A stretch of DNA of 64,000 nt, taken from the NCBI GenBank assembly GCA_964234715.1, contig OZ174276.1; one strand, given 5' to 3'. The notes under the pieces were generated by a model. That model did not search any database. It was given only the letters and a program-made list of their open reading frames with translations, and was not told where the DNA came from. This document shows positions 36,397-50,252 of this stretch, in pieces. The translations under genes were made by a program, and so were the position numbers. Position 1 is the first letter of the stretch, and every line of letters begins with the position of its first letter. The DNA is from Podarcis melisellensis (Eukaryota).

Positions 36397-37666
36397 CCTG
36401 TTCAGATGATCCCCTCATAGTCACTATTAACTACAGAGCACTTGTCTTTTGCAATTATGATTTGCACTTTACGAGTAATAACACCTCAGAGGGGACTGAG
36501 ATATACATCTGGGAACAGGATCTGAATGGTAGGGTTTAAGCCCCCTCCCATAGTGCCACAGTCCAAATCCAAACTATTCCAGGGTGAGTTTCTTGAAAAA
36601 AAAAATAGACATGCATCCAGTTTTGGATGGTCTTCATCAAATGTCATTTGGCCCTCAACATTGCTGTTTTTTATGTTGGATGTGTGACCATTTATATTTG
36701 AAAATAAAGATTGATGTTTTAATCTTGTGACTGACCTGCAGCATATGTCACATTAGAGATTCATGGGCCCCTGACGGTGATTGCTATTCAGTGCTGTAAT
36801 AGAGTTGTCTGAGTAGATACGAGGATGAATCTGGGTTTGTTGCAGGGTCTAGACTCATCTTAACCTTAGCTTCACAGTAACACAAATTAGTTCACAACTT
36901 AGGGGCTAATCAGCCTGGCAGGTAATGATGCTGAAGAAGTGAGGCTGGCAATGTTTGTGTTGCCAGTCAGTGCCTGCGTTATAACAGTGTGAGTAAATGT
37001 GCTAAACGTGATCAGTGTAGCTGTCTCTTTCCTGGCTGTTCATTATAAGAAATAATGCCCATAAATTTGCAGTTAAGGGGAATATTGGGAGCAAGTTGCA
37101 AGTGTGAGTAGAGATGAAACCAAGTGTATTTAAGTAGGAAAAATATATATAAATACATTGCACTGATACAAGGCCGGCTTGCCTTTGTTATTGTGAACTG
37201 AATAAAGAACTTAACTGTTGTTAATCACTATATATACATTGTTATGAGTTTGGGGTATCAGTCTGGATGATACCCTGGGTCCCTTCCATGTGATTCTCTG
37301 TATGCAGGGTAGAATCTACAACAAGAAACCAGCCAAACCAGTTCCATTAAGTTAATGGCTTCAGCTGGCCAGTTAAGCACTGCAATTTACAGGTCCAAAG
37401 AGGTTGCCATAGAGACAAATGGATGGGCCTTTCCTCACCTCACCTGGCTGGATGCCACATCATCCTAGGATAGGGTTGCCATAAAAGCAGGACACCTCAA
37501 AATTGTTTAGCTTTCTTTTAGGAAACCACGAAAATCGTTGAGCTTTTTAAAGACACATCCAAAAGTTGCGATGTTCAAGAAAGAGACATGCTAGCTCTCT
37601 GCTGGACTTTGGGGAGTGTTAATACTGTGAGCTCAGGTTTTACATATGTGTAAATAAAACCATATA

Positions 37667-37868
37667 CAGTGGTATCTCGGGTTACAGACACCACTAACCC
37701 AGATATATTACCTCGAGTTAAGAACTTTGCTTCAGGATGAGAACAGAAATTGTGCAGCGGCGGCAGCGGGAGGCCCCATTAGCTAAAGTGGTACCTCAGG
37801 TTAAGAACAGTTTCAGGTTAAGAATGGACCTCCAGAACAAATTAAGTTCTTAACATGAGGTACCACTG
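37667..37868. mobile_element. Family A MITE
   Basis: TA-CAGTGGTATCTC...GAGGTACCACTG-TA. Confidence 0.85.
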
Positions 37869-38529
37869 TATAGTACCTTCACTCCAACATAACTGAGCCC
37901 TGAGTAAGAACTGGAAGCCCTGGCATCACTCGTTGCTTGGAGATAGGGTTTGCACTCAACAATATATACATATCCAGCCTTGGGGGTGCCACTTTCTTCA
38001 GCCAGACAGAGTGAGTGAGTGTGTTTGCATTCACACATGGCTGGTGCATATTTAAAACAAAAAGGCAAAGAACAAATGCTACCAAATTATGCATGATGTG
38101 CAGAAAGAGACATTTCTCTCCTTCTCTGCTTTCACTAAAACCAGGGGTCAGCTGATGAAGCTGAAGAATGGAAGATTCAGGATGGACCCAAGAAAGTGTT
38201 CTTTCGCACACTTAATGTATTCAAAGTATTGGTACAAGTTCTGGAGTGCCCCCTAGCTTAGAGGACTTAAAAGGGGACTAGGCTAACTCATGGAGCTGGA
38301 GCTCAGCCTTTCGGGGGCTGCAGCTATCTATTCCTTTGGCAGAATCTGACGCAGGATTAGAGGTTGCACTGTCCACCCTCTTCTGTATTTTAAGTAAACA
38401 TATATCTGAAAGCATCCTTATCTCTTGATAAGGAAACTGACCTTGTGGAGGTAAGTAGAGCCAACTGTGTTTTAGCACTATGAATTAGGGCTGCAAAGCA
38501 ATGTTTACTTATTCCAAAAGCCTGTAAAC

Positions 38530-38778
38530 CAGGGGTCAGCAAACCTTTTCAGCAGGGGGCTGGTCCACTGTCCCTCAGACCTTGTTGGGGGCCAGACTAT
38601 ATTTTGGGGGGAGAAATGAATGAATTCCTATGCCCCACAAATAACCCAGAGATGCATTTTAAATAAAAGCACACATTCTACTCATGTAAAAACATGCTGA
38701 TTCCCAGACCGTCCGCGGCCGGATTGAGAAGAGGATTGGGCTGGATCCGGCCCCCGGGCCTTAGTTTGCCTACCCATG
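38530..38778. mobile_element. hAT (Charlie-like) MITE
   Basis: CAGGGGTCAGCAAAC / GTTTGCCTACCCATG; TSD CTGTAAAC. Confidence 0.88.
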
Positions 38779-39142
38779 CTGTAAACTAATGACAAAAGTT
38801 TCCTGACTTAATCAGGCACCACTTTAGACAAGATGCTCATTGTGAAAGCTTAGGCTGGGCCACGCAATGTGAACCATGCGCTGTGTTTACTATATTTTGC
38901 ATACTGTCCTCTCCAGCACTGGAGGGCTTCACTACATTGATGCTGTGTTACAATGACCATAATGGTTATAATAATAATTACAGACGCTGATTTTATTCTA
39001 TAAAAGAGCAAACAGCAGTTCAGCATCTCAAAGAAGGCTGCTTTATTTTCCCCAATCCATTCCATTCAATCGAGACTCCATTCAAGTCTCAGGTTAAAAC
39101 TGCACACTTCCTATAGGCACCTGCTTGTTGAAATTACAGGAG

Positions 39143-39176
39143 CTGCAAAGTGCTTGCAGTCCACCAGATGGCAGCA
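39143..39176 (+). promoter_or_regulatory. CTCF motif (core CCACCAGATGGCAGCA 39161-39176)
   Basis: Close match to CCASYAGRKGGCRS, with an upstream CTGCAA module; intergenic between the PPM1M and TWF2 promoters. Confidence 0.55.
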
Positions 39177-39919
39177 AGACCCCAAAGCAGACTCAAATTA
39201 TCTTGCGTTGTTCAGTGTCCAGCAAAAGATATCATGAAATCCAAGGGAAAACTTTGAACTACTAATGATTGGTTTTAGTGTCCTTGTTTGGTTTGCCTAG
39301 CAATGGCACAGAATAATCAGTGCACTCTTTTTTAATTAAATAAAATATATCAATATTTATTTATTATCATATATTTATTCTTATAGTATAATAAGTGTGT
39401 TGCTTACAATAAGCACAGCTGCCTAGTATGCTTTGCCACCCCTTTCAGTGATGTTGTTCAGCTAGTATGAATGTGGTACTAGGGGCAATATGTTCCACTG
39501 CTGCTCAGTATCAGAAAAGAATTGTTGTTTCCAACAACAGCAATAAGAGAATCCTAGAGATACACCCACTGGAAGAGAGGATGTAAATTCATAGCCCGAA
39601 GTAAAGGCAGCCTTGAAAAGAAAGATTATGAAAATATATTTGACAAAGATACTAACACGACATCTGAAATTGCACATGCTAAAGTGGTAAAGCACCCTCT
39701 GACACCTTGCCCTAACAGGTGGAGGAAGAAATAACTAAAATAATAATAAAATGCTACCTTTCAATAGATAAAACCATGTTCAAAGTGGCTTACAACATGA
39801 AAAGATTTACATAAGTACAAAAGTAGTCATAAACAACAAACAAAATACATCAAAAAGCACAAGACAAAACTCCCACATAAAGCACATTAAGAGCTAAAAA
39901 CAGGATACAATAATTATTA

Positions 39920-40107
39920 CAGGCAGTGAATATTTTGTGTGGGGTTCTGTGCCTTACCCTGTGTGCGTCGGTGGAGAACACATAACCCTACCTTGCCCCG
40001 TTATACCCCATTATACGCTGCCCTTTTCCGGGTTCAAAAGGACCTGCATATCAGCGGTCACACGCCAATTGGACACATGCAAAATTGGCTCTGCCTGTAT
40101 CAACAAC
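39920..40107. mobile_element. Older Tigger-like MITE
   Basis: TA-CAGGCAG...ATTTTG / CAAAAT...CTGCCTG-TA imperfect TIRs. Confidence 0.6.
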
Positions 40108-41042
40108 AACAAATTAACAACCCCCCCCCAAACAATACTCCAACCCAAGAGTCGGATGGCAGCCTTAGCTTTTGTAGCTGGAATCCATCAATCGGGCCTC
40201 ACCCTCCCAAGCCAGATGGGATAAGGCAGGGAGCAGGTCTTCCAGGACTCACAGCCAATAGATACAGGCAAAGTCTGTTGTGAGGTGCAAAACTGTGACA
40301 TTAAAGGGACAATTGCGAGCATCAGTCTAACTCCTCAGATAACAAGGCTCTCCTGCTTCTATTACAATGCATCTCCCTACCCCTAGAGAAGACTTTTTAC
40401 ATGTACCTGTGGAGGAACCCCACTGTGTCTGCTGTGCAATCCCTGTGCATTGCAGATGAAATTGCAGCATATTCCTCTGTAGGACAGTGGTCTTCAACTG
40501 GTTTGTACCCAATCTGGGTCATATCCAATCCAATGCTCCATGAACTATCTCCTTTTAAACAAACAGAAAAGAAAAGAAGATGGAGAGAGAGCGTGTTGTT
40601 TCCTGCCAGAGTACAATGAGAAGCCCCCTTCCATTCCCCCACATACAGAAGCCAATCAGCCTTGCAGATGGATCATACTTCAGCACAGGCCATGGGGAGT
40701 GTCATCCACTGTACCTGAAGAGAGCAGGCTTGGTTACAGGGTGCAGGGTACACACAAACTGCCCTGTATTTTGAGCCCTTGCCACCGCTTGCTCATTGAT
40801 CTGCCCAGCACCTGCCTGCTATTGCTCAAACAAATGCTGTAATACAGGTGTGGCCGTGCCAGCACGCATTGCATGAGAATGGCAACACGTTCCCCTGCAT
40901 GGTGCCTGCTGTTTTGTGTGGCCAGGTGTGTTGGGTTTGCTCTCTGTGTGGTGAGTGAGGTCTACCAGGTGCCCTCATCTATACTGGTAGCCAAATTAGG
41001 CTTTCCTCTCACTCGGGCACTTGATGAAATAGGATTCAGACT

Positions 41043-41389
41043 CATAGGCGCCGACTCCATGGGGCTTGAGGGGGCCCAAGCCCCCTCAAAAATTCGTTTG
41101 GGGGGGCTCCGCCCCCCCAATAATCTCCGGCGCCCCTCCAGCAGAGCGCCATCGCCGCCCCTCCCCCAGCCCAAAATGCACAGGGAGGGGCGGGCTGCAT
41201 GCCTCCTGCCCTCCCTCCAGAGCAAAAGCTTCACCCAATTTCCTTTGGAGCTGATTAATAGGCGCAGCACGCTCTCCCCTATTCGCTCACGAGGAGGCGG
41301 CGCCACTTTATTTGCATATTCATGAGCTTATTTATTATTCATGAGCTTTCCCGGGCCCCCCCAATATTTTTTATAAGTCCGCGTCCCTG
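41043..41389. mobile_element. GC-rich hAT-type MITE
   Basis: CATAGGCGCCGACT / AGTCCGCGTCCCTG imperfect TIRs; TSD TTCAGACT at 41035-41042 and 41390-41397. Confidence 0.8.
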
Positions 41390-41769
41390 TTCAGACTTTA
41401 TATTAGTGTGACAGTACATCTCCCCCACCTCTGTGTAATATGGTGTTTAATGTACTGATTTGATTGGTTGACCCTTTATAGCTGTTGTTTAACAACTGTA
41501 AGTCAGCTAGAAACTGCCTTGTATTAGGCAATTAGCAAATGTAGTAATAATGATTTTTTAAAAATTGTGTTTTATTGATTACACAAGGAGTAAAAAAAGT
41601 AGGAAATAACCAAAACAAACCTCTTAGTCACCCCCACCCCACCCCATTCCTCATGGAGCATTGCTGAAGGATAATGCAAGGAAAGGAAAAAGACTTTAAT
41701 CCAGGATGCTGCTCCAACACCTGGCATGCGTTGCAGATTATATCCATGTTTTTTACGATGATGAAGTTA

Positions 41770-42960
41770 TTATTACTAATACTAATTCTTATCCTTTGGG
41801 GATCACCTGTAGCTGAGTAAGATTGTCTTTCATGAACACGGTCTTAACAGTGAGCCCATAAGGGACAGCGGAGGCCAATTCTGGACCCACACGTCCTTCC
41901 ACAGTGGGGACATAGGTTTCCAGGTGGGAGTTGATCATGGTGGGGGTTTGCCAAACGTGCCTTCCTCTTAGCGCGTTTCTCCTTTTCACTCAGAGTTTGT
42001 GCTTCTTCAAAGTCCATGACACCTTTGGTAAAGGCTGCTCTCCAATGGGAGCACTTGCAGGCTCCCATTGTTTCCCAGTTGTTGATGTTTATGCTACATT
42101 TTTAAAGACTTGCCTTGAGCCAGTGTGGAGTAGTGGTCAAGAGCAGTGGACTTGTAATCTGATGAACCGGGTTCGATTCCCTGCTCCTCTACATGCAGCT
42201 GCTGGGTGACCTTGGGCCAGTCACACTTCTCTGAAGTCTCTCAGCCCCACTCACCTCACAGAGTGTTTGTTATGGGGAGGAAGGGAAAGGAGATTGTTAG
42301 CCGCTTTGAGACTCCTTAGGGCAGTGATAAAGCGGGATATCAAATCCAAACTCAAAACCTCTTTTGTTGACCACCAGTATTAAGCTTTCAATCTTTAAGT
42401 TCGGAATAGAGTAGTTGCTTTGGAAGACGATAATCAGGCATCCAAACATGACCAGTCCAGTGAAGTTGATGTTGAAGAATCATTGCTTCAACACTGGTGA
42501 TCTTCGCTTTTTCCAGTACACTGGTATTAGTTTCCCTGTCTTCCCAAGTGATATGTAAAATTTTTCAGAGGCACCATTGATGGAATCTTTCAAGGAGCTG
42601 GAGATGGCGTTTATAAGTGGTCCATGTTTCGCAAGCGTACAGTAAGGTTGGTAGTACAATAGCTTTGTAAACAAGCATTTTTGTTTCCCTGCGAATGTCC
42701 TCATACATTCTGCACTTCAGTTTGAGAAAGCTGCACTCGCAGAGCTCAGGCAATGCTGGATTTTGGCATCAATGCTGGCCCTTGTGGAAAAATAACTGCC
42801 CAGATAGGAGAAGTGATCAACACTTTCCAATGTTATACTATTGAGTTGGATTTGTGGCACTGCAGAGGGATTGTTTCATACTTTTTGGTACAGTACTTTG
42901 GTTTTTTGGATGTTGAGCGATAAGCCAAGCTTTTTGTAAGCAAAGATATTTGGGATAGTT
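41770..42960 (-). mobile_element. RTE-clade LINE 3' fragment (degenerate RT C-terminus with CPHC...H zinc-finger-like end)
   Basis: Frames read TKMLVYKAIVLPTLLYACETWT...LERFHQ and LCPHCGRTCGSRIGL; TAA-type tail. Confidence 0.85.
42117..42353 (+). mobile_element. Same SINE family, inserted in an RTE LINE
   Basis: GAGCCAGTGTGG...GGTTCGATTCC B box...GGGATATCAAATCCAAACTC. Confidence 0.85.
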
Positions 42961-43087
42961 TCCCCAGATTTGGAGATACTGCAAGCTCATCTCTAATTTG
43001 TTTTTGCAGGATTTGTGTTAGGACTTCTGCAGCTACGGGGGAGTTGCAGTTAAGGAGAAGCTGGTAATGTTATTTCCAATGAAGTAT

Positions 43088-43316
43088 GGTACAGCGGGTG
43101 GTGCTGTGGGTTAAACCACAGAGCTTAGGGCTTGCCAGTCAGATGGTCAGCGGTTTGAATCCCTGTGATGGGGTGAACTCCCGTTGCTCGGTCCCTGCTC
43201 CTGCCAACCTAGCAGTTCGAAAGCACGTCAAAGTGCAAGTAGATAAATAGGTACCGCTCCGGCGGGAAGGTTCACCAGAAGCGGCATAATCATGCTGGCC
43301 ACATGACCCGGAAACT
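43088..43316 (+). mobile_element. Sauria SINE, internally deleted and truncated
   Basis: Homologous to the 17243 copy (CCTGCCAACCTAGCAGTTCGAAAGCAC, GTGCAAGTAGATAAATAGG). Confidence 0.85.
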
Positions 43317-43486
43317 GTATGCCAATCTCTCAGCCTAACCCACCTCACTGGGTTGTTATGGGACTAAATGAGGCAGGGGATGTGGAGGGGGAGAAGCGTG
43401 TACTGGGAGGTACTGGAAAGGTGGGCTCTAATAAATGAAATAGATGAGACAATGCAGAGTTTGTGTTAGGTAATTTCCACTGCATA

Positions 43487-43514
43487 CTCTCTCTCTCTCT
43501 CTATATATATATAT
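43487..43514. repeat. Compound (CT)n(AT)n microsatellite at the 5' edge of the TWF2 CpG island
   Basis: Read directly. Confidence 0.85.
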
Positions 43515-43529
43515 ACAGTACAGTATTCC

Positions 43530-44010
43530 GTTTTCCGGGAGGGGCTAACACTCAGGCAGGCCTTGACCCCCTCCCGCTCCCCGCCAGCCTACAAGGGACG
43601 CCCCCGCCCCTCTTTCCTCGACGCCCCGCCCGCTGCCCCCTCCGCCGACGAGCGGCCCTCCCTCCGGGCGGACCCCGCTCAAGCCCCTCCTGCTCCAGTC
43701 GGCAGCAACCCGGAAGCGGGCGGTGCTGGAGTCGGAGCCGTTTCCTGCCCGGGAGACAAGCGGCCAGGGTGGGATCTGTTGCAGCGGACCTGATCCGGAG
43801 CCATGACTCACCAGACCGGCATCCACGGTAAGGACAGCGGGAGCCGCTCACCCCCCCCTTTTGCCTCTGCGCCTGGGCAGCTCCTTGGCGCCCGCCCGGA
43901 CCCCGAAGGCTGCCCGGAGCGGCCCGCCGGACGCCAGCTGCCCCTCCACCCGTGCAGCCGCGCCCCGCTCCGAATCTGCCTTTCCTCTGCCCTCCTCGCC
44001 CCAGTGCCTT
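43530..44010 (+). promoter_or_regulatory. TWF2: TWF2 CpG-island promoter with GC boxes (CCCCGCCCC ~43602) and ETS-type CCGGAAG (~43709)
   Basis: CpG-rich tract spanning exon 1. Confidence 0.75.
43803..43827 (+). CDS. TWF2: TWF2 (twinfilin-2) exon 1: MTHQTGIH(A)
   Basis: gccATG Kozak context; twinfilin N-terminus M-x-HQTGIH; donor G|gtaagg; synteny with PPM1M and WDR82. Confidence 0.93.
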
Positions 44011-47000
44011 GCTCGATGCAGCCTTGCATCTCCCTTTGCAAGGCAGCAGTTAAACGAGCTGGATCCTGTTATTATTACTATAATCCCGCTGTCTGTTTGG
44101 AAAGGGATGCTGCACCATCTGCACCTCTGTTCTGGGGAGGCTTTTGAAGCCCAGGGGCATCCGTGCGAAGGTGGCAGGCTGGCTGGGGGACATGCCTTGA
44201 AATGAAGGCTAACTGGCTGCCTTGGAGCCCGGAGATCTCGCAGGCTTCTGGTGTTTCGACCTTGCACCCCCCCCAAGGCAATGAATGCCCCCCTGAAGCA
44301 CCATTTCTCCCAAATGCCTGACTAGCCCGCAGTCACCTGAGAGTATCCATTTTCTTAGGTGCTCGTCCAATGGCTGTAAAGAACACCAGTTTTCCTTTAC
44401 AGAGTTTGCACAGTTTACCTGGAGCGGTTGGTTCTGGGTAAAAACTGGTATATTCTTCATAGCCCCTGCTGGCTTTCACTCGCCTGGATTTTCCAAAAAA
44501 ACAGCACCACCAAATCCCGGTCTGAGGATCATCTTTCCTACCCAGCCCTTAGACCCCACAGCTGCATATGTTCTGAATGACTGTGGCTCTTTGGGAGCCC
44601 TGAAATTCCTTTAGCACCTTCTCTTTTACATGTGATTTTCATATTTGTGCAGCAGCTTCTTTCCTGTAAACGCTGCAAAGGCACCCCACAGCACTTGTTT
44701 TGATGCCAAGCCTGAGAGAGCTGCTTCCTGAGCTTGTATTTCTCTGCAAAGGATCTGTAGGTAGCAGCTCTTCTCACCAGAAATGTGTCAGCCTTTCCTC
44801 CGCTTCTCCATTATCTCTTAACATGTTCGGCTCCGCAGCATGAATCATAATTGCAGGAACCATTTCCCTTTCTGCGTGGCAGGCAGCTCCTTCGCTTCAG
44901 TGTTTCTCTCTGTCTCTGCCTTTAGCTTTCGCCCAGTGATCACACAAAAGATAATCACAAACATTAATCTTCTCAGGTTCTTTATGCATGCTACGATGTT
45001 GCTGAAATGCAGCACAGGATGGCAGGACTTCAGAAGGCAAAGTGATGCAGAATGTACATTACTATAATTCATTAAACAATTTGGTATGATGTATGTGAAT
45101 TGTACTGATCAAATTACTGGTAACCATGGCAAAAAAAAAATCTATGCTCTTTTCCTCCTATTTTTAACTTCTTACGAAGAATTTCCATAGATAAAATCAG
45201 GATGCAGAATGTCACCCCAGGCCTAATCCAAACCTAGTGTTGTTTCAGTTTTAATGCAGACGTCTCATGTTGTGAAAATCTTTGCAGGCTGCAATAATCC
45301 AAGAGGGATTGATTGCTATTAGGATACAATTTGATATGACAGAACAGCAAGAAATGTGATTGGAACCAGGATAATTTCTTAAGAAAGCACTCTGCAAATG
45401 CTCTCCTAGGTCATGTTTACACACCCATCTTTCACCTTGAAATATTCTTTTGGGTGGGTTGGGTCTCTGACAAGAGGATTTTCAGGGTTATCACAAAATT
45501 ATGTTTCTTAGGAGTGTGATAAAGTGATGGCCAGGATTTGTAAAATTAATTTGTTTTTATAATGTAGAAATACTGTTAAGGTAGGTGTTGGAGTACCTAA
45601 AGACCTGGCTGAATCAAACATCTGGATTTTACTGTTGGGAACAATTGGATGGGTACTGGTAGCTTTCAAACTCTTTTAATAACTGTTGTCTTTGCCTGTG
45701 TAATTCTGTAGTGGCTGCAGAGATCTTACAATTTCAGTTCATTTAGCAGCAGTAACAAGTTATTGGCCCCTGCAGCCACAGCAGATGCTGTGATTCACCA
45801 GCCGTTTGACCTCCCCACCAGAGGTGCACTCCATTGTCTCTTGAGACAGACGACTGCCAACAACAAGCAAGTCCTCTTCAGCTAAAGCAGATTTGGCTTG
45901 CAAGTTAAAGCTAGTAATTTAAGGGTCCTTCATTAGTTTTGGATTAAAATATATCCTTGGATTTGAATTAGTTATATGTGGCAAGGAGCATATAGCTGAC
46001 TCCAGAATGAACTAGATTACATTTTTCTTCCGCATTTCTTCCCAAGAAGCTCAAGGCAGTGTGTATACTTCTCTCCTTTCCCACATCACCTTCTGAATAA
46101 CCCTGCAAGGTAGCTTAGGCTGAAAAACTGGCCCATAGTCATGGCTGAGTGGAGATTTGAGACTTGATCTCATTGGTTCGACTGCAGGTCTTTGACTAGT
46201 ACACCACATCATCTGTCACCACACGCCTGCTTCACACTTGTGTACAATGTCATGCTTGGAAATAGATACATGACTGTCAATAACATTAATTGGTAATGCA
46301 TAGCTTAGTTCTGAAGATCCTGAGATACTGCTCATCTCACCAAGATGTTTTCCACTACTCCTGGCTTAGCACTGTAATACTAAAATAGGGGTGGGTGGAT
46401 TGAGAAGAGGTACCAGCTACCATGGTGTCCTTGAGCATTTTTTCTGGACTGTGCCACTTGGACTGATCTTACTGGTTATTGGTCTGCCATTTTGACTAAC
46501 AAGGGTCAGAACAGGAGTATCATGGGCCTTCTGCAGTGTGCAGACATCAGGTGTGACGAATCAACCTTCTGAAACCTGAGAGAGGCTCTTTCTGGGCGTG
46601 GCTGTAATTATTCATAGCCTCACACTCTGTAGGTGGTGGTCTATTAATTTCAGCATCCCAAGAACAGGACTGGACTTCAAGAGATAACTAATTAGAGCCT
46701 TTGCTCTTGTAAAATACTGTCTGGCATCTTGTGCCAGATGCATCATGTCTCTCAGTACAGCTATAGTTGCTTCTGGAATAAAACAGAACTTCTACACGAT
46801 CGTGGACTGATTTTGAACCCTCCGGTCCACTCCTTCCTTGTTCTCTTGCTACAGGTCTGTTTACATGATGAAAGTTTGCGTGAGTGGTGTTCTGACACCT
46901 TGACAGCACGTTCATCACTTTGTGCAGTAGATTTTGCAGTTTCCCATAACCGAAAGCAAACCCACAGCAGGTGAAAATGTGGAAGAACAGGGGTTTGCCC

Positions 47001-48806
47001 ACAAGCTACTGGAATTTATTGCTTGTGTAACCAAACCTGAGGCAAGCCTATTGACTTGGATTAAGAACTGCAATTTAATAGTCCTGTTAACTACAGCATC
47101 TTTGGATTTTTTGTAAATGGGACCTGATGAAATCACAGGCTTTCGTTTTCTTTAGTTATCTAAATACTTCGATGCTTTGCCTGGGGAAGGTTGACTTTGC
47201 TTTGACATAAGTAATTTTTCTTGTCTCTGTTTATTATGTGCTGAAATGTCTCCTAGGGTAGTTGGCATATTGTTTTAAATTGCTACAGAAGAGGATGCTG
47301 TGATGTATGGGAAGGGTTCATTTGAGGTTTTGTTCCTTGTAAACAAACTGAAGGCAGAGATGGTGGATCGCTCTTCCCCCTATATAGTTTAACTACCTTG
47401 AAATCTCAATTGAGGTTTTAAATGTGCTATAAATTATGTAACATAATCAATATAAGTATGTAGGAGCTGGAGATGCTAAAGACCTCCTGGGTCAGCTTTT
47501 TCGCCACTCTTGACGATGCAGAATTGTTACCTACTATAGATTCTTCCAGGACTTGTCCACTTCAATTGCAGTGTATCATGCACTGATGTTCCCCCTCTCC
47601 CAGCGGTCTTCAGGCGTCTGTTGTGCAAAGCAATAGATCTTGAAATACCTGAAGGCTTCCTGTTGTTAAACACCTTGGTGAGATTCTTTTGGCAAGAACT
47701 TTACATTTATGGTCCCTATTACTTAGTGGCTCAACCACTACTACTTGGCAATGGAGCCAACTATATTTTGGCCTCTGCTCCACAAAGAGTTTTCGTGAGA
47801 AGCAAACAAGGGAAATCAGTTTCCTGATCAACAAGTACATCGGAGAAGTTGGAAATGCTGTAATGAGGAACACAGGCTATGATTTCCTTATGACACTATC
47901 CTTAGAAAATGCTATCCTGATACATTTTTGTTTGTGTTTCATATTCTCATTTAAAGTGCCATAGGACTTTGGGATACATGGGTTCAATGCTAATGATCTC
48001 CACAAATGTATTAAGTCCAAGTAAAGCATGCTTTGGCCTCTCAGGGGTAAGAACCAGAGTCAGCACCGGCGTGTTGTGCTTAATAATGCTCAATCCTATA
48101 TATAATTTCTGTTTCCTTTGTTCCTGATTGTAAATGAGACCACCAGACTTTGGAGTCCAGGACTCAACCTTTCATGCTTTTAAGCTAAAATTTAAATTGC
48201 TGTTATATCTTGAATTTTCCTCTGTTGGGTAGCTGAAATTGGACAGCTTTATCCTGTGTCCTGTGTGTGCCTCTTCAGAAGTAAACCCCATTGAGTTCAG
48301 TATGAATGACTTCCAGGTAAACGTGTATAATACTGCTTTACAGAGCAATCCTAACCATGTCTGCTTAGAAACAAGTTGAATTCAGTGGGGCTTACTCCCA
48401 GATCAGTAAGGTTAGCCTTGCAGCCTTAGTTGTCTTCCTAATCATATTCTACTTTTGTCCAATATACTTTTTAGGAAGTAAGGAGCATTAAGCATGATTC
48501 ACTTTCAACACTGATATGTCTTCAAATTTGTCCCCTCTATCATGTCTAGTAATCCAGACATTTACCTGCGTGAAGCCTCATTTAATTCAGTATGACTTAT
48601 TTCTGAACCACATGATTAGGATTGTGCTGTAGCGCATTGAAGTGCTAAAATGAATTTTTGTTTCTTTGTTGTAGCAGACTAAAACAGCAACTGCCCCTCT
48701 AGAATTTGTGTTTTTGCAATGGGACCTTACGTTGAAGGGCAGGTTATAAATGCAGTGAATGACATGGAAAAGGAACAGGGTGAAAGACAAACATGAAGAC
48801 TAAGAG

Positions 48807-49042
48807 AGCCAGTGTGGTGTAGTCGGTTAAGAGCGGTAGACTCATTATCTGGTGAACTGGATTCTAGTCTCCGCTCCTCCACATGCAGCTGCTGGGTGAC
48901 CTTGGGCTAGTCACACTTCTTTGAAGTCTCTCAGCCCCACTCACCTCACAGAGTGTTTGTTGTGTCACTTTGGGTAGTGATAATGCGGGATATCAAATCC
49001 AAACTCCTCCTCTGCTGCTGCTGCTGCTACTACTACTTCTTC
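48807..49042 (+). mobile_element. Same SINE family with an internal deletion and a mixed (CCT/GCT/ACT/TCT) tail
   Basis: Homology to the other copies. Confidence 0.8.
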
Positions 49043-50252
49043 TTTGTCTGCTAATGCAAATCCCCACTGGGCCACCTTGGGCCAGTAATTCCCCCTTAGC
49101 CTTACCTACCTCACAGGATTGTTGGATTAAATGAGGAGAGGGAAAACCATATACACCACCACAAGCCCCTTGGAGAGAAAGGTGGGAAATAAATGCAATA
49201 AATAAAAATATATCAGTAAAATACAGTCAGGATTATTTGGCTCCCTACTGGAAGAAAAATGTCCCAATTCTTTGCAGAGTTAATATCTAACCCTAACTGG
49301 GAGGGGCAGGGGACTGGAACAGAATACAAGAACCAAATGTGGCTTCATTGTTCTGTGCTCCCATGCTGTGTTGAGCAGAATCTCCTGTTTAGGTATATAT
49401 CTCAAGTATTAAGAACTTAGCAGTTTGCAAAATCTGAATAGATGCTCCTATCATTTGTACCAAATTGCTCTTCAGGTGTTACCTTGCAGCTCTTGTATTT
49501 TGCTCCCCCCCCCCCGGATCTGCCCTCCCCTGGATTATTTTATCCTGAAAACCTTAAGTGAAATGCTTGTAATGCCTTAAACAGTCCTCCCCACCATGAA
49601 ATGGTTCTTGAGTTTATTCTATCAATTGTATCGCTTGCGGTGGTTAGTAGACTATTATGCCAGATTGCCCCACCTTTAAATTTCCAAAGCTATTTTCACT
49701 TCACAGCTGGTAATCCATCAAAGTCGTGGGCTTGCTTGCATGTTGCTCCTCCCACCCTCCGCAAGGCGTTGCAGAACTGGAAGATGAATACAAGAGAAGC
49801 ATCGCTGCTTATTATGAGGCATTATAAAAAATCCCAAATGCTGTGGGTTATCTCACCTGAGGAAAAATCTATAAAATGGCACTGCTGAATTTTAGCAAAA
49901 TTAACCAAGCATAACTATCTGGTTCTAGTCTCACAGCTAATAACATTAATTAGAGTCATCATTCTTTGCTGTGGGGCGAGTTCTAAAAATAATTGAACAC
50001 AGATTGCCTAATCCTACTGTACCTTCTAGTTTGCGTGGGGTGTGTGTTATACATGATAAAGAATGGTGCAGCTTTTCCACAGTCTCATTGCATGATTATG
50101 GGAATGTTCTTAAAGTGCTTAATTAAGCTATGACTTTTCTTCCAGCTCCGATTTACCTGGTGTGTTCTCATAATCATTAACGTGGATTAGCACTCCACCC
50201 TTTTTAACTACTAGAGAAGAGCAGAGGAACCTTCTATTTTATTTAGCTAATA

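Noticed and set aside
39939-40283. 114-aa ORF with TPLYAAL, faintly resembling hepadnaviral polymerase (possible endogenous viral element)
   Set aside because: Its first half lies in a TA-flanked MITE (39920-40107). No other RT or RNase H motifs are present.
43463-44281. Many overlapping ORFs at the TWF2 CpG island (likewise 29573-30241 at PPM1M)
   Set aside because: Stop-codon depletion in GC-rich DNA explains them. Only the spliced first exons are supported.
46500-47960. Repeat-poor intronic sequence with several 60-100 aa ORFs; considered as a nested gene or TLR9 remnant
   Set aside because: No LRR, TIR or other recognisable motifs in the frames read. In mammals TLR9 lies beyond the TWF2 3' end, outside this window. 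A tblastx search would settle it.
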